NCBI GenBank assembly: GCA_030523605.1
Contig: JAUNIE010000001.1
Span: 8,632 to 72,631, forward strand
Reading direction: 5' to 3'
Length of the DNA stretch: 64,000 nt
Origin: Clostridia bacterium
GTDB lineage: Bacteria > Bacillota > Clostridia > Oscillospirales > Acutalibacteraceae
Positions 1 to 11,472 of this stretch are shown here, piece after piece. The position numbers and the translations under genes were made by a program. Every line of letters begins with the position of its first letter. Positions within the stretch are counted from its first letter, which is position 1. The notes beneath the pieces are model-generated. The model did not search any database. It was given only the letters and a program-made list of their open reading frames with translations, and was not told the DNA's origin.

Positions 1-1797
1 ACCATAAACATCTCTAAACTGTGCGTCTAAAGAATCTGTTTTATTTGTTTTGTTCGCAAATTGATTCCATATTTCATAAATTTTTTCAGCTTCATCTCTT
101 TCAAGTACGCTATCCACAAGGCACATCTGAGAAGTAGCCATATCGGGATTTGTATATTTCAGTCTTGAATATGATGAGGATTTTTCGCTGAACTCCGTAT
201 TAATCGTAGTATAAAGCTTATTGTAGCGTTCAACGTAAGTGATTATATAATCACTTCTGTCACCTATTTTTAGCATCAAATCCGAATATCCGTTTTCAAC
301 CGAACGTTTTACCTTAATGTATTCCGGCGACATATATCCTTTTATATGGTTGAGGTTTGAAAAATCACTGCCTACTATACTATCCGCAACAGTTTTTGCG
401 CCTCGTTCTTGCTCACTTGTTAAAACCGACATATATTCATCAACGCCGTCACTTGTATTTATATAAACAAGCACGCCCATTGAAATAAAATAAATAGGGA
501 AAAACATTGTCACTATTCTTACCGCAAGAGGAATTCTTTTTATTTCAACGCCGCTAAGATATCTAATCAAATATATAATACCGATTATAGCCGCCGCAAC
601 AATTATCATAATCAGAAGTCCCCACGGGAATAACTTGCCTCTGATATCTGTGACAAGTCTGTTTTCTCCGCCGCATTTTACATAAAATACTTTGTCAAAA
701 GCCTTGGAAGCTCCGTAGAACAAACCATCACCCAAACACTTAAGGGGTTTCACGTCCTTGAGCAGTACATTAGAACCCGAAACAAGCTCTGTATTCAGCT
801 CATATACCGGATTTACCGTAACACTTTTGGTGTTGAATTTATAAAATCTTCCGCTTACGTTATCTGTAAAATAGATATTATCCGAATCGTCAACACTCAT
901 GTCTGTAAGAACAAAATCAGAGGTCGAAACGGCATTTGAATATTCGATGAATTCGCCTTGGTTATTCATTCCCCAAAGTTCACCCGTACGTGTGGCGTAG
1001 AAAACCCTACCGCCCGAAAGTACGCACATATCGCTTATCACAGACAATGTGCTGTCCGCAACTTCATAAGGAGGTTTCACTTCAAAAGAACTTATTTTTG
1101 TGGGGCTTGAGTTTGAAATCGGGTCTGCGGAAATAACATCGTAAGCATCATCTTTTCCGCAAATCACACTCATTTTTTGGCCCGAAAACTGTATTTTTCG
1201 AACATAGTTTTCATATGGAGGATTGGCATCTTTGGAAAAATCAAAATTCACCACTTGTTTAATATAATTCCCATCGGTATCGTACATCATAATGGTTTCG
1301 GAGGTAAGCGGCAAAGTATCTCTTCCGTTGGTAACGTTATCAAGTTTTTTCGTTCGTTTTACAAAATAAAAATTACCTTTTGCATCGGATTCCAAATTGC
1401 TGTAAGTATATTCATAATCATCATTTGATTTTTCAAGATCAATTTTGAAATCAGTCAAACCGTTTTTTGATATTTTGGTAATGAAATAATTTCCTTTTTT
1501 TTCGTCCACACTAAGATTATAGACGTTACCGGAAGGATCCATGTCCGAAGAAATATAAACTCCCAAATCAGGTTTGTTTATAAAATACTGCACCAAAAAT
1601 GCAAGTATGAGGATAAATACGGCGGCTATCGTGCGTCGTACATTTGGATTTTTAAAAAACTTCTTTGTTTTCGAGAATTTTTCTTTTACAGGTTCATTTT
1701 TAATTTTTTGCTTTTTGGTAGTTTTGGATTTTGCTTTAGATTCAAGTTTTTGCTTTTTTTCCGGGCTTTTAGCGGTTTCTTTTTTCTTGTCTTCCAT
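1..1797 (-). CDS. Hypothetical membrane protein, N-terminal 599 codons only (gene runs off the left edge): Lys-rich N-tail, TM segment, large extracytoplasmic domain, second TM block, cytoplasmic domain
   Basis: Absent from the ORF track because there is no stop in the window. Minus-strand ATG at 1797-1795 with AGGAGGA (rc of 1804-1810) 6 nt upstream. The frame stays open to position 1; positions 1-120 were spot-checked and read ...LVDSVLERDEAEKIYEIWNQFANKTNKTDSLDAQFRDVYG. Only short plus-strand ORFs overlap. Confidence 0.6.
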   Translation of the reverse strand, partial: MEDKKKETAKSPEKKQKLESKAKSKTTKKQKIKNEPVKEKFSKTKKFFKNPNVRRTIAAVFILILAFLVQYFINKPDLGVYISSDMDPSGNVYNLSVDEKKGNYFITKISKNGLTDFKIDLEKSNDDYEYTYSNLESDAKGNFYFVKRTKKLDNVTNGRDTLPLTSETIMMYDTDGNYIKQVVNFDFSKDANPPYENYVRKIQFSGQKMSVICGKDDAYDVISADPISNSSPTKISSFEVKPPYEVADSTLSVISDMCVLSGGRVFYATRTGELWGMNNQGEFIEYSNAVSTSDFVLTDMSVDDSDNIYFTDNVSGRFYKFNTKSVTVNPVYELNTELVSGSNVLLKDVKPLKCLGDGLFYGASKAFDKVFYVKCGGENRLVTDIRGKLFPWGLLIMIIVAAAIIGIIYLIRYLSGVEIKRIPLAVRIVTMFFPIYFISMGVLVYINTSDGVDEYMSVLTSEQERGAKTVADSIVGSDFSNLNHIKGYMSPEYIKVKRSVENGYSDLMLKIGDRSDYIITYVERYNKLYTTINTEFSEKSSSYSRLKYTNPDMATSQMCLVDSVLERDEAEKIYEIWNQFANKTNKTDSLDAQFRDVYG

Positions 1798-1969
1798 AGA
1801 AATTCCTCCTGCAAAAAATTTTGAAATAGCGCAAAATAAAAATTTTAAAAATATAAATATTTACTATTGAAATTATCGGTTGTATAATATAGTATATTAT
1901 CATAGAATAATACAGTCAAGTATTTAAAAAATGTTTTGTTTATCAATTTTAATAAGGCGGTGTAAATTA

Positions 1970-3118
1970 ATGCAAAAAGCGCTAAAACAAGGCGATTATG
2001 TGGTGGTTGCCACGCTGCATGAAAGCGAAACAGTAAACGTAAAACTTACTTATAAAGGCGAAAAAACACTCAGCAACATGTACACCCTTAATGAATTTCC
2101 TTATGAAAAAAATGATACCACATATTTTAAAATTTTGTTTAATTTGTTTAACTCAGAAAACAAACCTAAGGATTTTGTAGATTTTTTCGTCGCAAACGAC
2201 AATTTTTATGCTGTTTTTAAATATCACCAAGCCCCTAACATACCGCTAAAATTTAAAAAAGACTTGATAACCGCAAAATTTGAAGAAAGATGCTTTTTGC
2301 TCGAAAATATTTTGATAAGAATAGAAAAATATTATAAATCACCGATAGAATTTTCAGGATGCATAAGTGAGCCGAAAAATATTTGCATTGATGAAGAAAA
2401 CAACGTCTATTTCAATTATGATTTGAAAAATATAGATAAGTATTCGGGAAAAAATACTGATGTGCTTTTCGACCATATTCACGAAATTATTTATACCATT
2501 CTAAGACCTGAAGCCGACCAAGGATTTAATAAGCAACTTCATATAGTACTTGACAAGTGCAAAAATCACGTTTATACTTCAATCCCCGAACTTGTAATTG
2601 AGCTCCGAAAAGCTGAAATTGTTTCAAAGGCAAGCAACTGGATTTCTTACCTCAAATATAGATTTAGTCTCTATAAGCCTCAAATAATTCACGCAGGCAA
2701 AAATCTCCTTACGTTAGTTATTGTTGTGGGACTATTTTACATTGCATACCGCAAAATTCAGCAAGGCGCAGACGTCAAGGTGACAAACGCCGTTTCCATA
2801 GGTAATGTAAATTACACCGCAGACAAGGAGGACGACTCCAAAAAAACAATGACCTCCGAAAACGAAGCCGAAACTAAGAATAAAAAAATCGAGGGAGCGA
2901 ACATAACGCTCAGCGAAGGGCTTGACATGGAATATGAAGATTATATAGTCCAGCAAGACGATACGGTAGCTTCAATAGCACAGAGCTACTACAATGACAC
3001 CAAATACACAACCGCAATTTCAACTTTCAACGGCATAGATACAAACGAAAAACTAACGCCGGGAACTATCTTAAAACTCCCCAACCGCACAGCAATTGCA
3101 CTTTATACATCAAAATAG
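1970..3118 (+). CDS. LysM domain-containing single-pass membrane protein
   Basis: The C-terminus YIVQQDDTVASIAQSYYNDTKYTTAISTFNGIDTNEKLTPGTILKLP is a typical LysM repeat. TM segment LLTLVIVVGLFYIAY. ATG at 1970 (M14 of the track ORF) follows AAGGCGG. Confidence 0.75.
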   Translation: MQKALKQGDYVVVATLHESETVNVKLTYKGEKTLSNMYTLNEFPYEKNDTTYFKILFNLFNSENKPKDFVDFFVANDNFYAVFKYHQAPNIPLKFKKDLITAKFEERCFLLENILIRIEKYYKSPIEFSGCISEPKNICIDEENNVYFNYDLKNIDKYSGKNTDVLFDHIHEIIYTILRPEADQGFNKQLHIVLDKCKNHVYTSIPELVIELRKAEIVSKASNWISYLKYRFSLYKPQIIHAGKNLLTLVIVVGLFYIAYRKIQQGADVKVTNAVSIGNVNYTADKEDDSKKTMTSENEAETKNKKIEGANITLSEGLDMEYEDYIVQQDDTVASIAQSYYNDTKYTTAISTFNGIDTNEKLTPGTILKLPNRTAIALYTSK

Positions 3119-3146
3119 CAACTGATTTAAAAAATACTAAACACTG

Positions 3147-3174
3147 CCTCGCCTATGATTTTAGGCGAGGTTTT
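3147..3174 (+). terminator. Rho-independent terminator after the LysM gene
   Basis: 9-bp stem CCTCGCCTA / TAGGCGAGG (3147-3155 / 3162-3170) followed by TTTT. Confidence 0.7.
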
Positions 3175-3298
3175 GCATATTTTAGAAAAAATTTTTTGCA
3201 CGTTTTTACCACTAACTTCATTTCATATAAATATAAGCATTTTCATATTTATAATCGGCAAGGAATGAAAAATAATTCTTGCAAAAACTAAAAAGGCG

Positions 3299-3553
3299 GT
3301 GACAAAAATGGAGCAAAACAGCAAAAAATCACTCAGCGACATGCTTGAAACAGCATCTAAAAAACTCGGTACAGATCCGGAAAAATTAAAAGAAGCGGCA
3401 TCGAAAGGAAATATAAACGAAGTGCTCGGGAATCTCGGAACAGAAAAAGCAAAAGAAATTTCAGAGATACTCTCCGACAAAAACAAAGCCTCAAAACTAC
3501 TTTCTTCGCCTAAAGCCAAACAACTTCTTCAAAAATTTTTTGGAGGTAAATAA
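3299..3553 (+). CDS. Small hypothetical protein (Lys/Glu-rich, helical)
   Basis: Track ORF; first of three tightly spaced same-strand small ORFs. The start could be the ATG at 3308. Confidence 0.55.
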   Translation: MTKMEQNSKKSLSDMLETASKKLGTDPEKLKEAASKGNINEVLGNLGTEKAKEISEILSDKNKASKLLSSPKAKQLLQKFFGGK

Positions 3554-3556
3554 CCA

Positions 3557-3928
3557 ATGGAAGACCTGACAGAAAAAATAAGCTCTTTACTGGGCGATCC
3601 GGAAATAATGGATAAAATTCAAAATCTTTCCGGAATGTTCGGGTCTTCTGAAAATAATAAAAGCACCGACAATGAAGACAAAAACGAAACAAATGAAACT
3701 GCAAAAGATAAATCTGACGATTTTGGTTTTTCGCCCGACATGCTGGGCACGCTTTTTAAAATCATGCCGCTGATTTCCTCACTCGGAAAAGACGACAAAT
3801 ATACAAAATTTTTAAAATCACTGAAACCGCTACTCTCGGAAGAACGTCAAAAAAAACTTGGAGATTCCGCAAAAATTCTTAAACTTATGCGTATTTTACC
3901 GCTCATCAAAGATCAAGGTCTATTTTGA
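3557..3928 (+). CDS. Hypothetical protein
   Basis: Track ORF. GGAGGT sits 8 nt upstream of the ATG, 3 nt after the previous stop (operon-like). Confidence 0.6.
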   Translation: MEDLTEKISSLLGDPEIMDKIQNLSGMFGSSENNKSTDNEDKNETNETAKDKSDDFGFSPDMLGTLFKIMPLISSLGKDDKYTKFLKSLKPLLSEERQKKLGDSAKILKLMRILPLIKDQGLF

Positions 3929-3936
3929 GGTGAAAA

Positions 3937-4236
3937 ATGGAAAATTTTTCTCATTCACCCGAAGAAATTAAAAAAATGCAAGAAATCGCCATAAAATACA
4001 TGAAAGAACTTCATAAACAATCAAATAATCAAGGTGAAAAAGCTCAAAAAACAAAAACCAAAACTCATAAAAAACACGTTTTTAAATATCACCAAAACAG
4101 AAATCCCGCAAAAAACATACTGCAAAACTTCTTGAAAGAACCAGATAAAGCACTTATTTTGATTTTAATAGTTTTGCTTATGGATAATGAAGAAAACATC
4201 AATTTAGTACTTATACTCATGTATTTACTTATGTGA
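3937..4236 (+). CDS. Hypothetical protein with hydrophobic C-terminal tail
   Basis: Track ORF with GAGGTG RBS. C-terminal LILILIVLLMDNEENINLVLILMYLLM. Confidence 0.55.
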   Translation: MENFSHSPEEIKKMQEIAIKYMKELHKQSNNQGEKAQKTKTKTHKKHVFKYHQNRNPAKNILQNFLKEPDKALILILIVLLMDNEENINLVLILMYLLM

Positions 4237-4243
4237 TTTTTAA

Positions 4244-5017
4244 TTATTCCACAGCTGAAACATATTTTTTGCCTGTAGTTTTATCGGTTTTTAGGTGGTA
4301 AATTTTGTATTTTGAAATATTATTTTCAAGAATGCCGCTCATGTCGGGTTCAAAACTATCCGATGGCAAAACGTACCCAACTTTTAAAATAATATCGTCG
4401 TCTTTGCGGTAAGCGTTGACGGTATGAGGAATGTAATTATCGACACCGCTTACACTCTCCACAAAAAAACAATTTTTATTCTCATCAAACTTAAAATAAT
4501 CTTCATTTACGTCGGTCAAATCTTTTTTATCAAAAGTCCTGTCAAAAAGGCTCTCACAAGCCTCTCGAACTTCATCAAAACTCAGGACAAGCTGCCCTTC
4601 ATCGTTTGTTTTGCTTTTATCATCCTTTTTTTCAGCAGACGCCTTCCAAACAGCTGCCGATACCATAGTATCCACTTCGGCAGGTGAATTTTCATTAAAA
4701 CTTTCCGGATTCTGCATCACAACAGGCCAAATAAAATTATCATAGTCACTGAGCCCAAGTGCATTATCGCCTTTTTCCGCCACGCTGAGCGCAATGGAAA
4801 TCGCTACTATTGACGCCATCAGAATAAGACAAATGAGCAAAAATTTAACAGCATTTATATTATGTTTTTTTCTGTTTTTGCGCAGTATTTTCTTAAAAAA
4901 ATTATCATTATTTTCGGTCTTCCCAAAAAAACTCCTCACACAAATAAGATTATTACTCCTACTAATTCTCTCGTACTTATACATAACACTCCGCAAGCCA
5001 AAACTTGCACATTCCAC
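4244..5017 (-). CDS. Hypothetical signal-anchored protein
   Basis: Track ORF. Basic N-region, then TM segment FLLICLILMASIVAISIAL. The start may be an internal ATG (4984). Confidence 0.6.
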   Translation of the reverse strand: MECASFGLRSVMYKYERISRSNNLICVRSFFGKTENNDNFFKKILRKNRKKHNINAVKFLLICLILMASIVAISIALSVAEKGDNALGLSDYDNFIWPVVMQNPESFNENSPAEVDTMVSAAVWKASAEKKDDKSKTNDEGQLVLSFDEVREACESLFDRTFDKKDLTDVNEDYFKFDENKNCFFVESVSGVDNYIPHTVNAYRKDDDIILKVGYVLPSDSFEPDMSGILENNISKYKIYHLKTDKTTGKKYVSAVE

Positions 5018-5175
5018 CTTTCTAAACTTCCTTTTTAGGTTTAGCGTATCACAAAAATTTTGAATTTTTTGCCGTTTTATGTATGAATATTTTAAGTTTT
5101 TTTGAATAATTAATGTGAATAAGAAAAAAGCGCCCTATTAAAGGCACTTTTAAAATTAAATTTAGCATATAAATC

Positions 5176-5628
5176 CTATTTTATTGAAATATAAATATGC
5201 ACTTCTCCATTTAACATATCCATATTCTGGCATTCTTCGAAGTCACACTGAAACTTTCTCGGCAAATCCATTTTCCAAACGTTTCTCCAGAAATTTGAAA
5301 CTTCCTTAACCATATTACCTTTGACTACAAATTTGGCATATTTCCCCGCCGGAATAATTTTCTTTTTCCAGCCTTGTTTCAGTGAAGAATCGGCATCAAC
5401 TTCATAGCCAATCTCTACATCGTATTTGCCTTTTTCATCGCTTTCATAATTTGAATATGTGCAAATCGGTTTATTGGTAATTTTATCTTCCACTTCGCTA
5501 TGTTTTTCGGAAAAATTATGCCAAGCAAGTTCAATCTTTTGCGATACTTCAGAATCCAAATTCGAAAGACGAACAGGTTCCAACACTGCTAAAACTTTTT
5601 CTCGTAATTCTACTACTTCATAATTCAT
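5176..5628 (-). CDS. GyrI-like / AraC effector-binding (SbmC/Cass2-type) small-molecule-binding domain protein
   Basis: 150 aa. Family-typical features: IPAGKYAKFVVKG ... FWRNVW ... DFEECQNMDMLNGEVHIYISIK. Lies 28 nt downstream of gyrA on the same strand. Confidence 0.7.
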   Translation of the reverse strand: MNYEVVELREKVLAVLEPVRLSNLDSEVSQKIELAWHNFSEKHSEVEDKITNKPICTYSNYESDEKGKYDVEIGYEVDADSSLKQGWKKKIIPAGKYAKFVVKGNMVKEVSNFWRNVWKMDLPRKFQCDFEECQNMDMLNGEVHIYISIK

Positions 5629-5656
5629 ATTTTAATTCTCACCTTAATTATGTTTA

Positions 5657-8200
5657 TTATTCTTCGGTGTTTTCTTCCTCTATTTCAGCTTCGGCATTAG
5701 TTTGTACACCATCTTCAGAAATTGATTCATCTACTTCTTCATCATCATCTCTCGGCACACACGCAACCGCCACAACTTTATTCTCTTCGCCTAGCCTCAT
5801 TACTTTCACGCCCTTGGAAGGCCTTGAACACTTACGAATGCTATCGGCATGCATTCTGATGATAATTCCGCTATCCGAAATCATAATAACATCTTCATCA
5901 TCGCTGACGCTATTCACCGCCGCAACATCGCCGTATTTTTCGGTATGGTAGTTTATTACACCTTGCCCGCCTCTGGACTGAATTCTATAGTCATCAATAT
6001 CGGAAATCCTGCCATAACCAGTTTCAGAAACAGTCAAGATTGATTTTTGCTCATCAATAACCACCATTCCCACAACAGCATCATCTTCTTTGAGTCTGAG
6101 CGCTCTTACGCCTCTTGCACTGCGTCCGACTTCTCTGACGTCTGTTTCGTTAAATCTTATCGACTTACCTTTCTTGGTTGCAACGAGCATTTCTTTTTTG
6201 CCGTCAGTCATACGCACCCACGAAAGTTCATCACCTTCGTCAAGGTCAACGGCGATAAGACCGCCTTTTCGGGCAGTATCAAATGAAGTAAGTTTCGTCC
6301 TTTTAATAACGCCGTTTTTGGTAATCATAATAAGGTATTTATCGTCCTCAAACTCCGTTACCTTAATCATAGAAGTTACACGTTCTTCGCCTGAAATCGG
6401 CAAAAGATTGGCTATATTCATACCTTTTGACGTTCTGGAACTTTCATGAACTTCGTAGCACTTAAGTCTATATACACGGCCGAAATTCGTGAAAAACAGT
6501 ATATAATCATGACTGTTTATTACAAACATTTCATTGACCGTATCTTCGTCACGGCGTGCAAGTCCCGAAATACCTCTACCGCCTCTGCGCTGCGTTTTAT
6601 AACTATCCAAACTCTGGCGTTTGATGTACCCGTATCTCGTCATGGTAAGAACGCATTCTTCTTCGGGGATTAAATCTTCTATATCAACCTCTCCGCTGAC
6701 ATTTTCAATGGCTGTTCTGCGTTCATCTCCGAATTTTTCTTTTACTTCCAAAGCTTCATTTTTGACAATCTCACGAACCCTATATTCATTAGCCAGAATA
6801 TCTTTATAATCGGCGATTTTATTCGCGAGCGCATTTAATTCTTCTTCTATTTTACTTCTTTCGAGTCCCGTAAGACGTCCGAGTGGCATTTGTACTATAG
6901 CTTGCGTCTGAACGTCATCAAGTCCGAACCTTTCAGAAAGTCTTTGTCTACCTTCGGCAATCGACTTAGACGAACGCAGTATCGCAACAACTTCATCGAT
7001 AAAATCCAGTGCGATTTTGAGTCCTTCCAAGATATGCGCTCTTTCTTCGGCCTTTTTGAGATCGAATTTTGTGCGCCTTGTTATGACTTTCATCTGGAAT
7101 TTTATATACTCTTCAAGTACTTGTTTTAAATTCAGTATTTTCGGCTCGCCGTCAACTATTGCAAGCATTATCACGCCGTATGTTATTTGCAGCTGTGAAT
7201 ACGTATAAAGGTGGTTAAGTACTATTTGCGGCGCTGCGTCTTTCTTGAGGTCTATCTCTATATGCATACCGTTTCTGTCTGAATGGTCTTCAATCCTTGA
7301 AATGCCTTCAATTCTCTTATCTTTGACCATTTCTGCGATATTCTCGACAAGTCTTGCTTTATTAACCTGATACGGAAGTTCGGTAACTATTATTTTTGAT
7401 TTTCCGTTTTTATCTTCAACTATCTCTGTCTTCGCTCTGACAGCAATCTTTCCACGCCCTGTGGAATACGCCGCACGAATACCCGAGCGTCCCATAATCG
7501 TTGCACCTGTTGGGAAGTCCGGACCTTTAATATGCTCCATAAGTTCAGGGAGTTCGGCATCGGGATTATCGATAAGGCAGCACATACCGTCAATTACTTC
7601 ACGCATATTGTGAGGTGGTATATTTGTAGCCATTCCGACCGCTATACCCGTAGAACCGTTTACAAGCAAATTCGGAAATCTCGACGGCAAAACAGTTGGC
7701 TCTTTGCGCCTATCATCATAGTTCGGCGCAAAATCAACCGTATCTTTTTCAATATCCGTAAGCATTTTGAGCGAAATCTTGCTCATACGCGACTCTGTAT
7801 AACGGTACGCAGCAGGCGGGTCTCCGTCAACAGAACCGAAGTTACCGTGTCCGTCTACGAGCATATATCTCATTGAGAAATCCTGCGCCAAGCGTACAAG
7901 TGCATCATATACCGATGAGTCGCCGTGCGGGTGATATCTACCCAGAACGTCACCGACTGTGTTTGCGCATTTTCTATATGCTTTATCGGGACTAAGTCCA
8001 TCTTCAAACATTGTATAGAGTATGCGTCTATGAACAGGTTTCAAACCGTCACGCACATCAGGGAGCGCTCTCGAAACTATTACCGACATCGAATACGCCA
8101 AAAATGACGTTTTCATTTCTTTTTCTATGTCCACATCAACAACTTTAGGCGTCAAAACATGTTCTTCGCCCAAATTTTTCTCATCTTGATTATCCATCAA
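5657..8200 (-). CDS. gyrA: DNA gyrase subunit A
   Basis: 847 aa. Has [20 protein letters not shown], the active-site region [10 protein letters not shown] and an acidic C-tail. Confidence 0.97.
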   Translation of the reverse strand: MMDNQDEKNLGEEHVLTPKVVDVDIEKEMKTSFLAYSMSVIVSRALPDVRDGLKPVHRRILYTMFEDGLSPDKAYRKCANTVGDVLGRYHPHGDSSVYDALVRLAQDFSMRYMLVDGHGNFGSVDGDPPAAYRYTESRMSKISLKMLTDIEKDTVDFAPNYDDRRKEPTVLPSRFPNLLVNGSTGIAVGMATNIPPHNMREVIDGMCCLIDNPDAELPELMEHIKGPDFPTGATIMGRSGIRAAYSTGRGKIAVRAKTEIVEDKNGKSKIIVTELPYQVNKARLVENIAEMVKDKRIEGISRIEDHSDRNGMHIEIDLKKDAAPQIVLNHLYTYSQLQITYGVIMLAIVDGEPKILNLKQVLEEYIKFQMKVITRRTKFDLKKAEERAHILEGLKIALDFIDEVVAILRSSKSIAEGRQRLSERFGLDDVQTQAIVQMPLGRLTGLERSKIEEELNALANKIADYKDILANEYRVREIVKNEALEVKEKFGDERRTAIENVSGEVDIEDLIPEEECVLTMTRYGYIKRQSLDSYKTQRRGGRGISGLARRDEDTVNEMFVINSHDYILFFTNFGRVYRLKCYEVHESSRTSKGMNIANLLPISGEERVTSMIKVTEFEDDKYLIMITKNGVIKRTKLTSFDTARKGGLIAVDLDEGDELSWVRMTDGKKEMLVATKKGKSIRFNETDVREVGRSARGVRALRLKEDDAVVGMVVIDEQKSILTVSETGYGRISDIDDYRIQSRGGQGVINYHTEKYGDVAAVNSVSDDEDVIMISDSGIIIRMHADSIRKCSRPSKGVKVMRLGEENKVVAVACVPRDDDEEVDESISEDGVQTNAEAEIEEENTEE

Positions 8201-8245
8201 ATACCCCTAATCTTTCAACATTTATTCTTTAAAATGTTAATAATT

Positions 8246-8947
8246 TTAATCTTCTTCTTTTGGCTTAATTCCCGCAAGAATTATAGCTTGAACTTCAGCT
8301 CTAAACTCGGGTTCGACCGCTCTCAGAGGCAGAATAAGCTTAATAACATTATCTTTCGTTATGACTATGATATCGTCGTACTCTTCGCTCTCATAGGAGT
8401 CGTCGAGAATTATTTCTCTCTCAACGCCGCCTTGAATAATATCGATTTCATCAGGAAAAACTTCCAAAGTAATCGGTTTGTTATTAAAAGCTTTTGAAAG
8501 TATTTTTCTTATCCCGAAAAACGGAACACTCCAGACAAGTATTATCGATAAAACCGGTAACAACGCAAACCAAAGATAAACCGGATTTCTCATGAGCAAA
8601 ACAAAAGCAATCATTATACCCAAAACACCGGCGTGTATAAGTGTTTGTTTTTGCTGCATTTTAACAACGTCTTTTACGTTTCCTATTTTACCAACTACGC
8701 TATAAATCTCCTCGGGTTTAAGTTTATAGCTTATCTTTATACCCGTGCTTTCTTCCTCATATTCTTCAAACTCGTCATCTGCTACGATTTTATTCTCATC
8801 TTGGTCAGTTTCTTCGCCCGATAATCGAACATCATCGCTTTCAGAATCAGTTTTTTCATTTTCCTTTGAGATATCTTTTGCCAAGTTGTCAATTTGAATC
8901 ATATTATTCCCCGTCTTAGACGGAGGGTACGAATCGCTGTCTTTCAT
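8246..8947 (-). CDS. Hypothetical membrane protein (acidic N-terminal region, two TM segments, YcxB-like C-terminal domain?) between gyrB and gyrA
   Basis: Track ORF. TM segments GVLGIMIAFVLLM and LWFALLPVLSIILVW. The YcxB-like assignment is from memory only. Confidence 0.6.
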   Translation of the reverse strand: MKDSDSYPPSKTGNNMIQIDNLAKDISKENEKTDSESDDVRLSGEETDQDENKIVADDEFEEYEEESTGIKISYKLKPEEIYSVVGKIGNVKDVVKMQQKQTLIHAGVLGIMIAFVLLMRNPVYLWFALLPVLSIILVWSVPFFGIRKILSKAFNNKPITLEVFPDEIDIIQGGVEREIILDDSYESEEYDDIIVITKDNVIKLILPLRAVEPEFRAEVQAIILAGIKPKEED

Positions 8948-9058
8948 ATCAGTTTCACTTACTCCTTAAATTTGTTATTTTAGTATATAAAAACACTAAC
9001 ATATCAGATTATATTGATAATTGAAATTAAAATCAACATATTTTTTTAAAATTATACA

Positions 9059-11014
9059 CTATACGTCTAAATTTTGTACGTATTTTGCATTTTGCTCGAT
9101 AAATTCACGTCTCGGCTCAACTTTGTCTCCCATGAGTATCGTAAATGTTTCATCTGCGGCCGCCGCATCTTCCAAAGAAACTCTGACCATTATGCGTGTT
9201 TCGGGATTCATCGTAGTTTCCCAAAGTTGTTCGGCGTCCATCTCACCAAGACCTTTATAACGCTGGATTTCATTGCATCCGCCAAGTTCGGCAATTATTT
9301 TATCTCTTTCTTCATCCGAAAATGCGTAAAAATGCTTTTTGTTTTTGGTAAGTCTATAAAGTGGAGGCTGAGCTATATATATATGCCCTTGCTCCACCAC
9401 CGGTTTCATAAACCTAAAGAAAAACGTAAGTAAAAGTGTGCGTATATGTGAACCGTCGACGTCCGCATCGGCCATTATTATAACTTTTCCGTAGCGAAGT
9501 TTACTTAAATCAAAATCTTCGCCTATTCCGCAGCCCAGCGCCATTATAACAGGCATTAATTTTTCATTCCCGTAAACTTTATCAAGCCTTGCTTTTTCTA
9601 CGTTAAGCATTTTCCCCCAAAGCGGAAGAATTGCTTGAAATTTACGGTCACGGCCGCTTTTCGCCGAACCTCCCGCAGAATCTCCCTCTACGATATATAT
9701 CTCGGTTTCTTCTGCGTTTTTAGATTGGCAATCCGCAAGCTTCCCTGGTAGCGACGCCGATTCCATCGCACTCTTTCTGCGCACCAAATCTCTGGCTTTT
9801 TTCGCTGCGTCTCTTGCTCTTGAGGCCGCAAGTGCTTTTTCTACTATCGCTTTACCGACAACCGGATTTTCTTCGAGATAACTTGTGAATTTGTCGGCTA
9901 AAATCCCGTCCACAAGACCTTTTATTTCGGTATTTCCGAGTCTTGTCTTTGTCTGCCCTTCAAACTGCGCATTCTGTACCTTTACGCTGATTATCGCCGT
10001 CAGACCTTCTCTTACATCATCGCCCGAGAAATTTTTATCATTTTCTTTTAGTAAATTATATTTCCTCGCATAGTCATTTATAACCCTCGTAAACGCCCTT
10101 TTGAAGCCGTCTTCATGAGTTCCGCCGTCCATAGTATGAATGTTATTCGCAAACGAAAGAACCAAATCGTTGTAACTGTCGTTGTATTGGAACGCCACTT
10201 CAGCACTTGCGGTATCATTAGGAAGTTTTCCCGAAAAACTAATAACATCATCATGCATAACCGAAAGTCCACGTTTTTTGTGAATATACTCAACAAAACT
10301 CTTTATTCCGCCGCTGTAATGAAAATCATCTTCACGAGGTTCATCTGCGTTTCTTGTATCTCTCAGGATAATCCTAACGCCCGCATTCAAAAACGCTTGT
10401 TCACGAAGTCTTGTTTGCAGAACTTCATAGTCATATACTGTTGTTTCTTTGAAAATTTCGGGGTCTGCTTTGAACGTTATAGTAGTACCTTTTTCGGTCG
10501 ATTTGCCTATTACTTCCAAATCGGTTACTATATTTCCTCTTGCAAACTTTTGTCTGTAAACTTTCTCGCCGTCGCAAACTTCAACTTCAAGCCACTCGGA
10601 AAGCGCATTAACTACAGATGCACCTACGCCGTGAAGTCCGCCTGAAACTTTATATCCGCTACCACCGAATTTTCCGCCCGCATGTAATACTGTAAACACA
10701 ACAGTAACTGCCGGAATTCCTGCCGTTGGGTGAATACCTACAGGGATTCCACGTCCGTTATCTTTTACTCTTATTATATCTCCGGGCAAAATATCAACTT
10801 CAATTTTACTGCAAAATCCCGCCAGTGCCTCATCAATTCCGTTATCGACTATCTCGTATACAAGATGATGAAGTCCACGAGGTCCAGTTGTGCCGATATA
10901 CATTCCTGGGCGCTTTCTGACGGCTTCAAGCCCTTCTAAAACCTGTATTTCGCCTGCACCATATTTTCCGCCGCTTTGATTTATTTCATTATTATCCAAG
11001 CTATCCAAAATCAA
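9059..11014 (-). CDS. gyrB: DNA gyrase subunit B
   Basis: 651 aa. Has [39 protein letters not shown] and [12 protein letters not shown]. Confidence 0.97.
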   Translation of the reverse strand: MILDSLDNNEINQSGGKYGAGEIQVLEGLEAVRKRPGMYIGTTGPRGLHHLVYEIVDNGIDEALAGFCSKIEVDILPGDIIRVKDNGRGIPVGIHPTAGIPAVTVVFTVLHAGGKFGGSGYKVSGGLHGVGASVVNALSEWLEVEVCDGEKVYRQKFARGNIVTDLEVIGKSTEKGTTITFKADPEIFKETTVYDYEVLQTRLREQAFLNAGVRIILRDTRNADEPREDDFHYSGGIKSFVEYIHKKRGLSVMHDDVISFSGKLPNDTASAEVAFQYNDSYNDLVLSFANNIHTMDGGTHEDGFKRAFTRVINDYARKYNLLKENDKNFSGDDVREGLTAIISVKVQNAQFEGQTKTRLGNTEIKGLVDGILADKFTSYLEENPVVGKAIVEKALAASRARDAAKKARDLVRRKSAMESASLPGKLADCQSKNAEETEIYIVEGDSAGGSAKSGRDRKFQAILPLWGKMLNVEKARLDKVYGNEKLMPVIMALGCGIGEDFDLSKLRYGKVIIMADADVDGSHIRTLLLTFFFRFMKPVVEQGHIYIAQPPLYRLTKNKKHFYAFSDEERDKIIAELGGCNEIQRYKGLGEMDAEQLWETTMNPETRIMVRVSLEDAAAADETFTILMGDKVEPRREFIEQNAKYVQNLDV

Positions 11015-11061
11015 ATTCCTCCAAAAAATTCAAATATCTTTTATTTATTTTCAAAACAGAA

Positions 11062-11472
11062 TTAATTGCTGTAAATTTCTTTGTTGCTATCAGGTCCCGA
11101 ATGATTTTTATGAGTTTGTATTTCAACTTCTTCCGGAACCGTATCCCTCGAACGCCATTTGGAAAACTTCACCATGAAAGGCGATACCGCATAAAACACA
11201 ATCGCACACAAAACTACAACCGCAAGACCAAACAAACAATATCTTCCGCCCATAATAACAGCGAAAACGAATGCAATTATTGATATTATTTGGGTAATTA
11301 TAAAGAGTCTGAAAATATCGGTATTAATCCCCACTTTCGAAACTCTTCCGCAATTTGTACATCTGTGAGCCTCTTTGTTTTTTGCTATAAAAGAATCAAA
11401 ATAACCTGCCTCCGACCTACAATAAGGACAATCGGGTAAATTAAATTTTTTCAAAATAAGCACCTCCGTCAA
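11062..11472 (-). CDS. Hypothetical zinc-ribbon membrane protein
   Basis: CPYC...CTNC four-Cys motif, then two TM segments. Overlaps the remB stop by 4 nt. Confidence 0.6.
   Translation of the reverse strand: MTEVLILKKFNLPDCPYCRSEAGYFDSFIAKNKEAHRCTNCGRVSKVGINTDIFRLFIITQIISIIAFVFAVIMGGRYCLFGLAVVVLCAIVFYAVSPFMVKFSKWRSRDTVPEEVEIQTHKNHSGPDSNKEIYSN

Noticed and set aside
1177-1870. Plus-strand ORFs 1177-1428 and 1574-1870
   Set aside because: They overlap the long open minus-strand frame that starts at 1797 with a strong RBS. Their translations are Ile/Phe-rich nonsense.
3299-4236. Three-gene small-protein operon as a novel system
   Set aside because: The proteins look like a commonly co-occurring set of small Clostridia hypothetical proteins (this is from memory). 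Nothing in the sequence points to a specific function.
5667-8107. Series of plus-strand ORFs (60-119 aa) inside gyrA
   Set aside because: They lie entirely antisense to a full-length, motif-perfect gyrA. They are low-complexity, have no RBS, and are typical shadow ORFs.
9074-10939. Plus-strand ORFs up to 176 aa (e.g. 10115-10645) inside gyrB, and the minus-strand alternate-frame ORF 10078-10296
   Set aside because: All overlap gyrB, antisense or in another frame. No independent signals.
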